DNA from: Octopus bimaculoides
Taxonomy: Eukaryota
Direction of reading: 5' to 3'
Length of the DNA: 48,373 bases
NCBI RefSeq assembly: GCF_001194135.2
Contig: NC_068982.1
Coordinates: 66,357,568-66,405,940 of the forward strand
In this document: positions 12,426 through 24,703 of the stretch, piece after piece
Layout: every line of letters begins with the position of its first letter
Numbering within the stretch: the stretch's first letter is position 1
Program-made: the position numbers and the translations under genes
Notes under the pieces: model-generated
The model's database searches: none
The model's input: the letters and a program-made list of their open reading frames with translations, nothing else
Told to the model about the DNA's origin: nothing

Positions 12426-12789
12426 CGCAAAAACAGTGACACACCTCATTTATTCAATATCTTCTCAAAGGCAACAAAGAAATATTCTCATAAATGCTCT
12501 CCCCATCACATTGATCCGTGTTTTTTAAACACCAAAGTCTTACAGTTTATGATAAGTATCAAAACACTTATCATAAACCTAGAAGTCAAGTTGTCCCTAT
12601 ACTTTCGTCTTTCTTGGTCAATTAACATTTGTAAATATCCACAACACTAACTTAAAAGCATTTTTTCCAATCATAAATCGTTAGTTTTAGAAAAAAGAAA
12701 AAAAGAAAAAAAATCATCCCTAGAGGGCAAAGCTGTGATAATTTCGAAAGGTCACATCTGATTTGTTAACTGAATAGATCACAAGGTCA

Positions 12790-13030
12790 TCTTGTACATT
12801 AGCTGTGTAAATCACATTGCTATCATTGTACAATAGTTGTGTAAACAGCAGTTGTTGTACATTAGCTGTGCATATCAAATCGCTATTATTGTACTATAAC
12901 TGTAGATATATCGCTATCATTGGACATTAGCTGGGTAAAAAAAATAACTATCGTTGTACAATAGCTGTGTAAATAACACAGTTATTGTTGTACTCTAGCT
13001 ATATAAATAATATCGTGGTTAACATTGTAG
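12790..13030. repeat. Degenerate ~30-35-bp minisatellite
   Basis: About 7-8 imperfect copies of TTGTACATTAGCTGTGTAAAT. Confidence 0.75.
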
Positions 13031-13515
13031 AACAACACAGTAAAATATAATTACACCTCTGCATGTCAGTTTCATGAAACACTGACTCCATTCTACAGCA
13101 GCTGTTAAAAAAAAAAACGACAACATCTTTACAAGACAAACATTAAACATATTAAGAAAACATTATCGCACCCCACCAGTATTGAACATAAACACCACGC
13201 AAATATAATCCTCAAGACTGAATCCCCTAAAGAAGACACATCTTTGATATAGCGAATATTTCCATATTAAGATTGGTGTTTCTTTTCGGAGCCAGAATAC
13301 ACTTTCAGTTCCCCAACAACTTCTCACATTCAACAGAGTTCAAGTGAGACCCAAAATTGAGTAGTACTGTCATATATAAGCCTGCATACAACGAATTGTC
13401 ACCCGACTGATTAGCACCGGTTGTCAAGCAGTGGAGAGGGGATACATACATACATACATACATACATACATGCATGCATGCATGCATGTATATATAAGTA
13501 TATATATGTATGCAC

Positions 13516-13570
<55 letters not shown>

Positions 13571-13989
13571 NNNNNNNNNNNNNNNNNNNNNNNNNNNNNN
13601 NNNNNNNNNNNNNNNNNNNNNNNNNNNNNNNNNNNNNNNNNNNNNNNNNNNNNNNNNNNNNNNNNNNNNNNNNNNNNNNNNNNNNNNNNNNNNNNNNNNN
13701 NNNNNNNNNNNNNNNNNNNNNNNNNNNNNNNNNNNNNNNNNNNNNNNNNNNNNNNNNNNNNNNNNNNNNNNNNNNNNNNNNNNNNNNNNNNNNNNNNNNN
13801 NNNNNNNNNNNNNNNNNNNNNNNNNNNNNNNNNNNNNNNNNNNNNNNNNNNNNNNNNNNNNNNNNNNNNNNNNNNNNNNNNNNNNNNNNNNNNNNNNNNN
13901 NNNNNNNNNNNNNNNNNNNNNNNNNNNNNNNNNNNNNNNNNNNNNNNNNNNNNNNNNNNNNNNNNNNNNNNNNNNNNNNNNNNNNNNNN

Positions 13990-14232
13990 GAACCCTACTG
14001 TACTCTTTCACCACAACTTTCTCTCGCTCTTACTTCCTGTTTCTGTTGTGCCTGTAATTCAAAGGGTCAGCCTTGTCACACTGTGTCACGCTGAATATCC
14101 CCGAGAACTACGTTAAGGGTACACGTGTCTGTGGAGTGCTCAGCCACTCGCACGTTAATTTCACGAGCAGGTAGTTCCGTTGATCGGATCAACTGGAACC
14201 CTCGACGTCGTAAGCGACGGAGTGCCAACAAA
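13990..14232 (+). mobile_element. SINE family C, 3' part (5' part lost in gap)
   Basis: Roughly 90-95% identical by eye to the reverse complement of 10517-10765. Confidence 0.92.
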
Positions 14233-14470
14233 CATATCCACCACGATAATGTGTCGTTGGAAAGAGTGGTCACTTTCGTAGTGATATCCTTTCTTGGAAC
14301 AACTCGTAGTCACTTGTGCACACAGTAGAAATGGGTTCTTCACGAATAGTATGAGACTTTACCACCTCAGCAGTCTTGTATGCAACAGCGTTGCTTGAAT
14401 ATTCTTTTAATCTGTATAAAGCGTCAGTGATGTGTAAAACTTGAAAATAGACACTTGAAATATTTTTCAT
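14233..14470 (-). mobile_element. hAT (Buster/Charlie-type) transposase relic
   Basis: The minus strand reads NAVAYKTAEVVKSHTIREEPIS and, after a frameshift, KVTTLSNDTLSWWI. These resemble the PHTIGEE and LSNDT..RRI motifs. It is cut off by the SINE at 14232. Confidence 0.6.
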
Positions 14471-14778
14471 TCATCTTTTTCTAAATGAAATTTTAATTTA
14501 GCAGGCTGTATTGTTCTGTTAGCATGCACGTTGCACTGTAGTTAAATTAATGGGATGGGACGATGAGAGTGGTCCGTCCTGGGCGGTGCTTTTAATAGGG
14601 GCAGTCATTTTGGGTCTGCTGTATAAGACTGTTTAGAAGGTGAGTCGGCATACTGAAGTTCCGCGCCGGGCAGTACAGACTCTGGCTACTCCACTGGTTT
14701 TGAAATATATAACACACGGCGACAAAGTCTCAGTGCCTTTTTCTTGATAAATAATTCTGGATTTAATATTTTCACTTG

Positions 14779-14998
14779 AGCGGCGAGCTGGCAGAATCAT
14801 TAGCATACCAGACAAAATGCTTAGCGGCATTTCGTCCGTCTTTATGTTCTGAGTTCAAATTCCGCTGAGGTCGACTTTGTCTTTTATCCTTCCCGGGTCG
14901 ATAAATTAAATACCAGTTGATTATTGGGGGTCGATGTAATCGGCTTACCCCTCCCTTGAAATTGCTGGCCCTGTGCCAAAATTTTTCACCAGAGTTAT
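14779..14998 (+). mobile_element. SINE family B, full length
   Basis: Head GCGGCGAGCTGGCAGAATC, B-box GAGTTCAAATTCC, shared central domain and tail GTGCCAAAATTT. Confidence 0.92.
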
Positions 14999-15140
14999 TT
15001 CGTTTGGTCATAAGATAGAAAGGTTGTTTGTTTCCATAAAACCTTTCTCATCCTGACACGTTCCTGAGTCAATACTTCAACAATCATATTTGGATAATAC
15101 TCTTGAATCTGTCATATTTATTAATCGAGATCAACAGTGA

Positions 15141-15207
15141 GAGCCTCTATATGGTCGTTCGATCTGTTAGAAATAGAAACCAAGTTTTCTTCATATCACA
15201 CTCACCA

Positions 15208-15243
<36 letters not shown>

Positions 15244-15352
15244 GAATCAAACAGATAGTTCCTAGATACACACAAAAGATGGGATGGTCACAGTTGGAAT
15301 GGTTTTGATCATTTGTCTATTCAAACCCAGTTAACCTGGGGCTAAACAACAC
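15141..15352 (+). mobile_element. Old interspersed repeat family D (SINE-like)
   Basis: GAGCCTCTATATGG..CTGTTAGAAATAG..GGGATGGTCA..TTTGATCA..GGGGCTAAACAAC. Related copies lie at ~2715-2886, ~18741-18903, ~26243-26453 (+) and ~36140-36312 (-), with fragments at ~5260 and ~8395. Confidence 0.6.
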
Positions 15353-18300
15353 ATTTGTTGCGCTAAAGTACGAGAACGCTACGTCGTAAGTTCGTATCTG
15401 TTAACGACACAGCCTCGTGTCTGTAATAAAAACTCAAAAATGGTCCACATCGCATAACTGTAAATAGGCACCATATGATAGCAACATCACGATACACGAA
15501 GCTGTGGCAGTTTTATGATATTTATAAGTCTGTTAGCTTGAGATACGTTCAACCTTCAAGCAAATTTAAATTTAAGAAGGAAAGAGTCCACCGGGATAAT
15601 TTAACTAAGAGACACCACTTGAAGATGAAACCTTCATTGGTGTTCCAATAACAATAGAAGTTTAGTTACGCGCAACACATTATTCATTGTGTAAGCTACA
15701 ACCAAAATAAGCTTCAAATCGAGTTTAGTGTATTTCAGTTTTATCGACAAGATGTCTGACAAACCAATGTTTTAGAAAAAAGTTGATTGTGATATTTGTT
15801 TGGCATTGAGTAAGACACTCCCGTCGTCAGAAGTAAAATGACTCAATGATTGACTCACTAGAAACCTCTAAGCAATAACGTTATTGTTCAGAATATACGA
15901 CTTAAAATAGAAAAGAAGGGTAATTCCTAATGAGCAAGGAAGATGCCCTTTTAGTGGTGGATGAGAATATTCTGTGCATATTTAGTTTAATGTAGAATAG
16001 GATCTTGCCCACATACGGCAGCTTCTGTTTGATCAGGTGCTTAACTCCGGCAGTTAGGACAACCTGAAGGAATGTAGAATAAATTGTTCTGATTCAGAAA
16101 CACAACGAAACACCACCGGCGGCAAAATGTTTGAACTTATGGCCTGGCCTTTCAATACCTTGTTTACTCAGTTCACTTTCAGGAACTATAATTTATTAGA
16201 CACACTATATAAAACTAAATTCTTTTCTAATCTATTGTCTGGGGGTACTTGTTTATTTCAGCCATTCATTGTTTAATTATGTTTTTCCTCTGTCAATGCC
16301 GCATCTCGAAGATAGAGTGAGTTCATAATTATTAAGATTAACTTAAGGTTCTGGTCGCTGTTGATCCAGGTCATGCCTAACTTAACACTTCCTGGATAAG
16401 TCTTTTAAATCATATTTTAGGACATCATAGCCCACTCGAATAGGAAGTTGTCGCGTGCGGAATGTGTATCCTGGCGTCTGGTATTTCCTGGAGGAATTTG
16501 TCCAAGTACTATTATGAGGACTTTTTTCTTCTTGGGTCTTTCTTCAGAATAGTATTGAAAAAAGCAGGACCAATCGAGGTAAAAAAAACAACAAAAAAAG
16601 AAACAAACAAAAATAAAAAGGTTGTCACAATGTTGCTATGTGAGCCGGGTATAAAGCTCAGGGTCAAGCCATAAGTAACTTGTGAACTTGATACAGGCAT
16701 CGTTTGGTTTGTTGTGATAGATGTAACCAATTAATGGAGAACACTGGTCAAGAAGACCTTTTTTTTTACAGCTGGGAACTACTGCTCTATTTTATCTCAC
16801 AATTTCATATAAATTTATATAAATGTGTATCCTTGTGCCTAGATAAGTTCTTACTTTCTCAGGAACCTTAGCAGCATAAATTGATTCAACTCGATTCATG
16901 AAATGTCTTGGTCGACACTTCACCTTTACGACGATTGTTACATCACTTTCAAATAAATTGATATTTTTTAAAAACTTCAGCAACAATGCTTGCGATAGCG
17001 GAGGATAGCCAAAAGAATCAATCACAGTAGTTTATTGAACTCCAAATGGTAAAGTCGATCTCAACAAGATGTAACAGATAACGTACAATGACAAAAATGA
17101 ATATTGTAAGTTCGGCTAATCTACAGCCTTTGAAGTTCCAAAATATATTAGAGCATTTGTTCTTTTCTGTTTCAATTAAATTTAAGTATTCTGAGATCAT
17201 GTTGCATTTCAGTAAAAATTCGGTATTTTTTCTTACTTTTCAGGTGATACCAACACTATCTGGAAATGGAGTTGCTGGTGACAAAAGAAACTATTCTGAA
17301 AAATTCTTATATATGTAAGAAATAGATCTTCGCAAGTATTACATCATCATGGCACGTGATACATCAGTCGGTGGTAGCCTAGTTATCTTTGAAATTTGTG
17401 CTTCCGGTTTACTATTTATTTAAGACATATGCGGTGGTTGGGTGGCGGTACCAAAAATAGAACGGCAAGTGTATACTAGCTGGTTTGATGCTTCACATTT
17501 CCTTGTTTTCAAGGCTTATGAAAGTGAAAGTATTTGCCTTGTTAAATATAGGTGTTTTCCAGGTCATAAATTAAGTGTTCCTACAAAATGAAAGCATTAT
17601 GGCATTAAAGTAAACCGGTGCACAGTAAAATACCGGTTAGCGATTATAAAACATTTAATGTGTAGTCGACTTAACTGTAGTTGGTTCCATCAAATATTCC
17701 TAATCAACAAAAGCAAACATTAGTTATTTGCTACCCAATTGTATGGGGTGTAAGTTGAAGAGAGAATAGTTAATAAATTACTTTTATTTAAAATTATAGG
17801 ATTCAACAGTTTTCGACTACCTCCACCTTCTGACCAAATAAATTCTTTCACTTTCATAGCACCCAGGAAGCAAAGAAGCGCCATATCATCAACTTATATA
17901 TCCTTAAGAACAAAAATTTCCCCTCAAATTTGAGTAATCATTTCTATTGATAAACTGTTGGCATAGCTTTTGTAATTAAATAGGGAATCATTTCTGAGTT
18001 AAAATATTTCACGTAGTTGAATTTATGGTAGTAATGTGATGAGAATAATAGACGATGCAGAGTCCCCAGAGGAGATCCAACAGACACTTTACGATGATTT
18101 TGTCTTGAATGTAATTTCTACCAGCAGTTTCTAATGAGTGTCTTTTCTTTCTTCGTTCGCAACTATGCATCAAAGTTTAAGAAAATGATAACGTAAGAGT
18201 ATTAAGAATTAGGGGACGCTAGTACGACAGGTTGAGAAGATGGTATTAGACACTATAAGCCAGCACTCTCCGTGAGCCGAAAAGTGAAGGAACGTCGAAC

Positions 18301-20191
18301 TCCTCACTTTATTTCTATTACTGAAGTTGATCAAGTCTAGGGGCAATTCAAACACAAAGTAGTCGATCTATTTAGGAAAGTACTTCAATCGTGTATTGCT
18401 ACTAATATAGTTATTTATTAATGAATTAATAAATAGAACTACTACATCGATTCTTGTATTCTAAACATGTTCAGTATTTCAAAATGACATACAGATATTC
18501 GAAAATGTTTTACAGTCTTCAGTTGGCTAATTCATTACATATATATATATATGAATTTGAATTCATCTGAAAGTATGGCTACTGATTAATCTTTAAACGG
18601 TTATGTTTAAGTTTGCAGTGAGAATTGTAGCTCAGAACAATAAAACTGTCAGTTTACAATTTCCGAGCACTCCCAATTTAGCGAAGCTGAGTCGTGTAGC
18701 AGAAACGTAAATGTATGACGTGAACAGAGATTATAGGTGGTGGCTCAGCCTGCTCTAAATAGTTGTTAGATCTCCTTCAACTCACACCCCACTGTCTTAA
18801 AATGTGGTCAAGGCTCCTGCCCATTGGAAAAGACGGGATAGTCATAGATGGAAAGCCTTTGATCATAGGCCTCCTGAATCAGGATTGACTTGAGGTTAAA
18901 CAATATGCAAATGAAACCAATATCATGGCTGCAACTGGAGTTTAATATGTTTTTGAGTTTTAACCGACCACCGACCTCATCATTTGGACAACTAACATAT
19001 TACATTTTCAAATAAGACCTATTGTTATTTATAATTAACATCTTTGTGTTCTCAAAATTTTTTATTCGCACCTGTGTCCATAATCTTCTATTATTAGGTG
19101 ATGTTCAATGAGTCACGCCGACACAGGTCATATGTAGTGATTTTTTTTTTTTTTTTTTACAAAACTCCACGAGGAAACGAACGCCTTCATAATTTCGTGA
19201 ACCAGATTGGTAACACTTCAATATGTCAGCCAATCGCAACACTTGTTTAAAATAAACACTAGCTATCAAATGATCAGAGCTGTAATGACAACTTTCAGGA
19301 AGTGAGCCATATTAAGATGTTCAACGTTTTCTAAAATATGGAAAATACATAAATGCAAATAAATAACGAAAACAAGTAAAAATGGAACGAAAGCTCTTAA
19401 TAAATATCAAAGCATACTTTAAAAATCACACAAACAACAAATATAGTTAAATAATCTTTATTCACAAAAAGATATTTATTACATCGATCGAAGTAGAATT
19501 CTTTATTGAAAAGAAAGATACATTTGTATTTTTTATTTCATTGTTAAAATAGCATCAATTATAAAACCACTTGCCAAACAAGTACATCTACGAAATTACG
19601 AATATATAACTAAGTATAAACCTTTAAAATAACCACACTGACTAATCACGGCTGAACTATATTCAGTAACGTCAGCCTATTTATATTAAAGCAAGCAAAT
19701 AACTCATTTTATTTTATCTCAAACCTATCTATTTTTCCAAAGCTATATATATGCACGCAAACGAAGTTTTAGAAAAAGCACGTCAACCATAGCTAGGACA
19801 TTCAACATATTCACAATGAAATGTTGCTTTCGTAATGAAACATTTGTTGTATAAACCCATCCGGACAGTAAATCTATCTCAAACAGCTGCTGTATTATTA
19901 TTATTATTATTAGTGAAGCGGTGGGAGAGGGTGGGAGTGCTCATAACTTAGGTCTTTATTAATTACATTTATAGATATACAGCTATAGTAGTATATATGA
20001 TCGTATGTAGTAATGTTAAAATTTGTACACCAATTCAAGATTTGTTATACAACATCCATTTTTACTGTTTGTTTTTTTTCGTATCAAGCAGTTGTACAGA
20101 ACATCTTCTTAGAAGTTATTTATTTAGCAAACAAGGCCTCAAAAATAAGTTTCTGGGAAGCAATAAAATAACCTTTATTACTACAGGGTAG

Positions 20192-20420
20192 TTGCATGGC
20201 CTAGTGGTTAGGGTGTTGCATTCACGATTGGAAGATCGTGGTTTCGATTCCCGTACTGGGCAGTGCGTTGTGTTCGGGTGAATACCTCATTTCATGTTGC
20301 TCTAGATCGCTCAGCTGTAAATAAGTTACCCTGAAACGGGCTGGTGTCCCATTCAAGAGGGAATGTTGTGATCTCGCTCACCTATACATCATGGAAATCG
20401 GCTAACCGACCCTATGAGTC
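20192..20420 (+). mobile_element. tRNA-derived SINE, different body (V-domain-like)
   Basis: A-box TGGCCTAGTGG (20197-20207) and B-box GGTTTCGATTCCC (20240-20252). The body CCCTGAAACGGGCTGGTGTCCCATTCAAG resembles the V-SINE central domain (from recall, unverified). Confidence 0.7.
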
Positions 20421-22531
20421 ATAATACGCGAGACAGTGATGTGCAGGGGTTGATGTTGATATAAGAGGATATACACAAAGTGTTGATAGTCTCCTCTTGA
20501 CTGATTTCCAGACAGTTAGTCGGATCAAGGTGAATGTTTTCAGTAAGATGTGTCAATGTAAGATGTCAAGGCCAATGGTAACTGGATCGGTGTTTGATTC
20601 AAGATGAACCTTATGTCAATTAATCATGAAAATTAAAAGGAAAAATGTGACCGTAAAGAATTAGATTTTATTATTTTCTTCTCTCCATATTTCTGTAATT
20701 CCTATCTTCGCTATCTAATTAACACTACCTCTGATAAGTTGGAGAAAAACGCTTATAAATATTGAGAGAGAGAGAGAGAGAGTTCATGTATAGAACTTTC
20801 AAAACTACAGTGTTAGACTGTGTTATATGTGAATTATTTGTTTCGGAACTGAATTTTCAGAGAATGTTTTTGGAGAACAACAGTAAAATTGTGTCACCAT
20901 TATATTCCTTCCTGGCGGAATGAGGAAGAAATGACAGCCGGCACAGTTTCAATAATAATTAAGTCTAACAGCTCACTTTTTAGAAAGTATAATTAGAATT
21001 AACTGAAAACTCCTGCAAAATGACGGCCTTGAAAACCAGCTGAGCAGAACGAAATACTCGCCTAAAATATACAATAGAAGAACTAGAAAAAAGCCAAAAT
21101 GCTGCGAGATGTAAAAGCTACTTGACCTGACCACATTTTAAACCATTTATAGAATAGTGGGAGAGAACTCTTGTAATTGTAACTATTCTCTTAACAGTTT
21201 TAACTTATCTTTCTTCTTTCAAATTCTACAACTGCAACGCGTGGGCGTGTATGATTTTCATATCCCAGTGTATAAGTGCGATCTTTATTTTTGACTTCTC
21301 AAACTTTTAATATATATATGTTTATTACACGCACATTTACAGTATAACATGAACTGGGTCACAGAAGAAGGAAGTGGGTTCCTCGCTGATATTTGGCTTA
21401 CGTGTTAATTATGTGTTAATTATCGAACTGTATTTAGTTTTCGCTTTAATGTAGTTTTCTAAACGAAACCAAGTTGGTACCTGTTCCTGTTGGCCCTATG
21501 AGAGAATTATTTTCTCAGTAGAAGAGGAACAGACAAAATAGCTTTCACTATTAATACCAGTGAAGGAAAGGAAAAAAAGCTGATTAAACACAACCACCCA
21601 TTTCTATTTTGATTAGAATTAGGACCAAACCCTAGCTAGAATTACATTTCCACTACTTCCAATTTGGTGGGGAGGGATAAATGTTTTTAAAATACATTTA
21701 TTGTAACTGAATTGTAATTTCCTCATGGAAAACTTTACAAGGCAATTGCTTTATTAAGAAAAAAATTAAAAATAAAATTTAGAAATTGAAGAGAAACGGG
21801 TCACCGGAAGTAGAGTGGAAGCAACATTATAGAAACCTCCCAAATCAGTTGTATGTGAATGCTGCGACAAGATGGAGGGTGATGACTATGATACATGAGA
21901 CAGAAATAATATTAAACTTGTACATTCGTGTCGTTCCTAAAATCTAGAAATTCTTTAAAGAAACGGGTTTTTGAAACTTATCCAAGTAAATTTCCACCCC
22001 ACCCTCCATTCTAAACTTTTTTCGACAAAAGCAAGTTTAAAAATAAAACAAAAAGTGAGAAATTTTTTTCTAAATTTTTCACTAATATATTATTTTAGGC
22101 TCATAGCGCTGTATTTGGTTTAGACTTATATAAATATATAACCCCCCCCCCAAAAAAAAAAACCCCGGAAAACTATCAGTTGGTAAAACTGAATTACAAT
22201 AATAAAATATCAGTCGCTGTCATTTTCTTAAAATAAACGTTTATCTTGATTTGTTCTAGTTTAAATATTTACTCAATGTCTCATTTTCTGCCAGATCAAG
22301 AGAGAAAAGAACTATCAATCATATATTTATCATATAATACATATACATTGTCTAAAACTTTGCCCCGACATCCAGATTAGACAACCTTTCTCTGTATGCA
22401 ATTTATTATGCTTGCTCCTAGAAACGTCAGTCTCTTAAATAAGGGTTGCTGTAATTCCCAACCAAGTAGCATGTTTAATACAAACATCAACTGGTAAAAA
22501 GTCCAGACTATAAACATCAGTTGCTAATATA

Positions 22532-22891
22532 CTCTTTTACTTGTTTCAGTCATTTGACTGTGGCCATGCTGCAGCACCACCTTTAGTCGAGCAAATCGAC
22601 CCCAGAACTTATTCTTTGTAAGCCTAATACTTATGCTATCCGTCCCTTTTGCCGAACCGCTAAGTTACAGGGACGTAAACACACCAGCATCGGTTGTCAA
22701 GCGATGTTGGGTGACAAACACACATATAAACGACTGGCTTCTTACAGTTTCCGTCTACCAAATCCACTCACAAGGCGTTGGTCGGCCCGAGGCTATAGTA
22801 GAAGACACTTGCCCAAGGTGCCACGCAGTGGGACTGAACTCGGAACCATGTGGTTCGTAAGCAAGCTACTAACCACACAACCACTCCTAGC
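22532..22891 (-). mobile_element. CORE-like SINE family A, near full length
   Basis: Reverse complement of the 36627-37015 type: head GCTAGGAGTGGTTGTGTGG, GTTCAGTCCC B-box, GCACCTTGGGCAAGT core and CAGTCAAATGACTGAAACAAGTAAAAGAG tail. Confidence 0.93.
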
Positions 22892-24295
22892 TTATATTTA
22901 AGAACTAAAATGCAAGGCGACGCCCCTCTCTCAAATCCTTCATCCTGGTCATGAAAATCACTAATTAGTTTATTAATCTAAATATAACATTTCGATGTAG
23001 TTAAAGTTTTTAACGACTGTATCGAATCCAAAACTTAATTTTTTGGTTATTCAATCTCTCGCTTGTTTGAAGCGAATACTTTTTGGAATTATATTCACAG
23101 AAATTAGTGTAGTAGGTAGTTATGTTATTTATTGCTTACTTACATTAGTAAAATGTTGTAGGGCGAGTCCCCAATGGAAATATGTAGATACTCAACTTTT
23201 GAAGGTTCTAAATAATATTTTAAAATCATCTTTTAAATTCTCTATCGAAATCTGTCTCTCTGTAAATAGCTGTACCATGATGTTTCATAAAAACAAAACT
23301 CGTTCAGTTTCCAGTGGTGACCTTCATTACTCCATTTACATTGCTACCGTTCTTAAAATATGAATTCTGCACCATATTCCCTATCCGGCTTGATTTTTTT
23401 AATATTGTTCCTTTGTAAGATAACTTCAATCAATATAACAGTCATTGCTATTTCTCTAATTTGACATTGTTTATACCGGAATTTATACAAAATATTTCAT
23501 ACAAGATAATTGGAGAAAAGTTCGATTCTTTCTGCAGATTTAATAACTCGATTTGATCTGTAAGCTATCACAAGCCTAAATATAATACCCGGCCTCATCA
23601 AGTGGATCATCATAGCAATATTGGCCACATTGCACTTTTTCAAAAGCCTTAACAGCGAAATCTTGAATAAAATACGTTTAAAACTACTTGTGCCTAACTT
23701 ACACCCACAGAACCTAAGAGGAAAGAGAGATACATAGCTAGATTCTCAAACTAACAAATACCAGCCCTCACCCCTCTTTTCAAATGAAGAAACAACAGAG
23801 CTTGGATCAAATTACTCTTTCTTTGTTATGGTGTTAGACAAGTTGAAAAAGTTTAAAATCGTCTTAATTTCATTAATCATGACAATTTGTCCGCCCCCTC
23901 TTCCATTCTCATGAGCTCCAGTCCTATGAGAAATATTGATCGAGGTGAGGATGATTCTGACAATATTAAAAGGAACCGAGAGATGTGTAAACACTAACAA
24001 AACATTAAAATCGACATTTTCTCAATTATTCATAGAAATATTTATTTCTTCTAGTTGGCATTTTAATTCTCTCTGCATTAGGTATGTTAGTGCTAAATTA
24101 TAAAGTAGTAAATAGGAAACTTGGTCCCTTCCGGTATTGAAGGGAAAATAACATCTATTCTGTTTGCAAGAGAGGTTGTTTAACCAATGCAAGATGCGGC
24201 GAATATTTCTGTAGTTTCTGGAAGAAAGTAATATAAAAAGAGGACTAGTAATATCAGCAAATAGGTACTGCATCGCTTATTTTACACTATCGTAA

Positions 24296-24509
24296 GGCGG
24301 CGACTTGGCAGAATCGTTAGCATGCCGGACAGATGCTTAAAGGCATTTCGTCCGTCTTTTCGTTCTGAGTTCAAATTCCGCCGAGGTGACTGCCTTCATC
24401 CTTTCGGGATCGATAAAATATATACAGTCAAGCACTGGGATCAATGTTATCGACTCGCCAGTCCCCTCCACAAAATTTCGAACTTTGTGCCTACAGTAGA
24501 AAGGATTAT
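24296..24509 (+). mobile_element. SINE family B, full length
   Basis: GGCGGCGACTTGGCAGAATCG head, GAGTTCAAATTCC B-box and shared central domain. Confidence 0.92.
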
Positions 24510-24522
24510 GATACACTACTAT

Positions 24523-24703
24523 GGAGCGGTGAGCTGGTAGAATCGTCAGAGTGTCTGAATTCCAATCTACCGAGGTCAACTACGATTTTCATCCTTTCGG
24601 TACAGGTAAAATAAAGTACCAGTCAAGTACTGAGAACGATGCAATCAATTAAAACCCCTGCCTCAAAACTTCTGGCCTTGAACCTAAATTAGATACCATT
24701 ATT
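24523..24703 (+). mobile_element. SINE family B, second tandem copy with internal deletion
   Basis: GAGCGGTGAGCTGGTAGAATCG head. It lacks ~35 nt between the A and B boxes and is more diverged. Confidence 0.8.

Noticed and set aside
12063-12650. 195-aa ORF and overlapping ORFs
   Set aside because: These are products of a stop-poor trinucleotide low-complexity tract, with no domain or splice support.
15600-17350. Possible very old Penelope-like element on the minus strand (CPNC..DQT, FLKNINLFE-like fragments; similar hints near 23050-23650)
   Set aside because: The matches are too short and degraded to support by eye. A translated HMM search would decide it.
19085-19320. Cluster of AP-1, CCAAT and ETS-like motifs
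   Set aside because: These are short motifs without ordered promoter geometry, and are compatible with chance.
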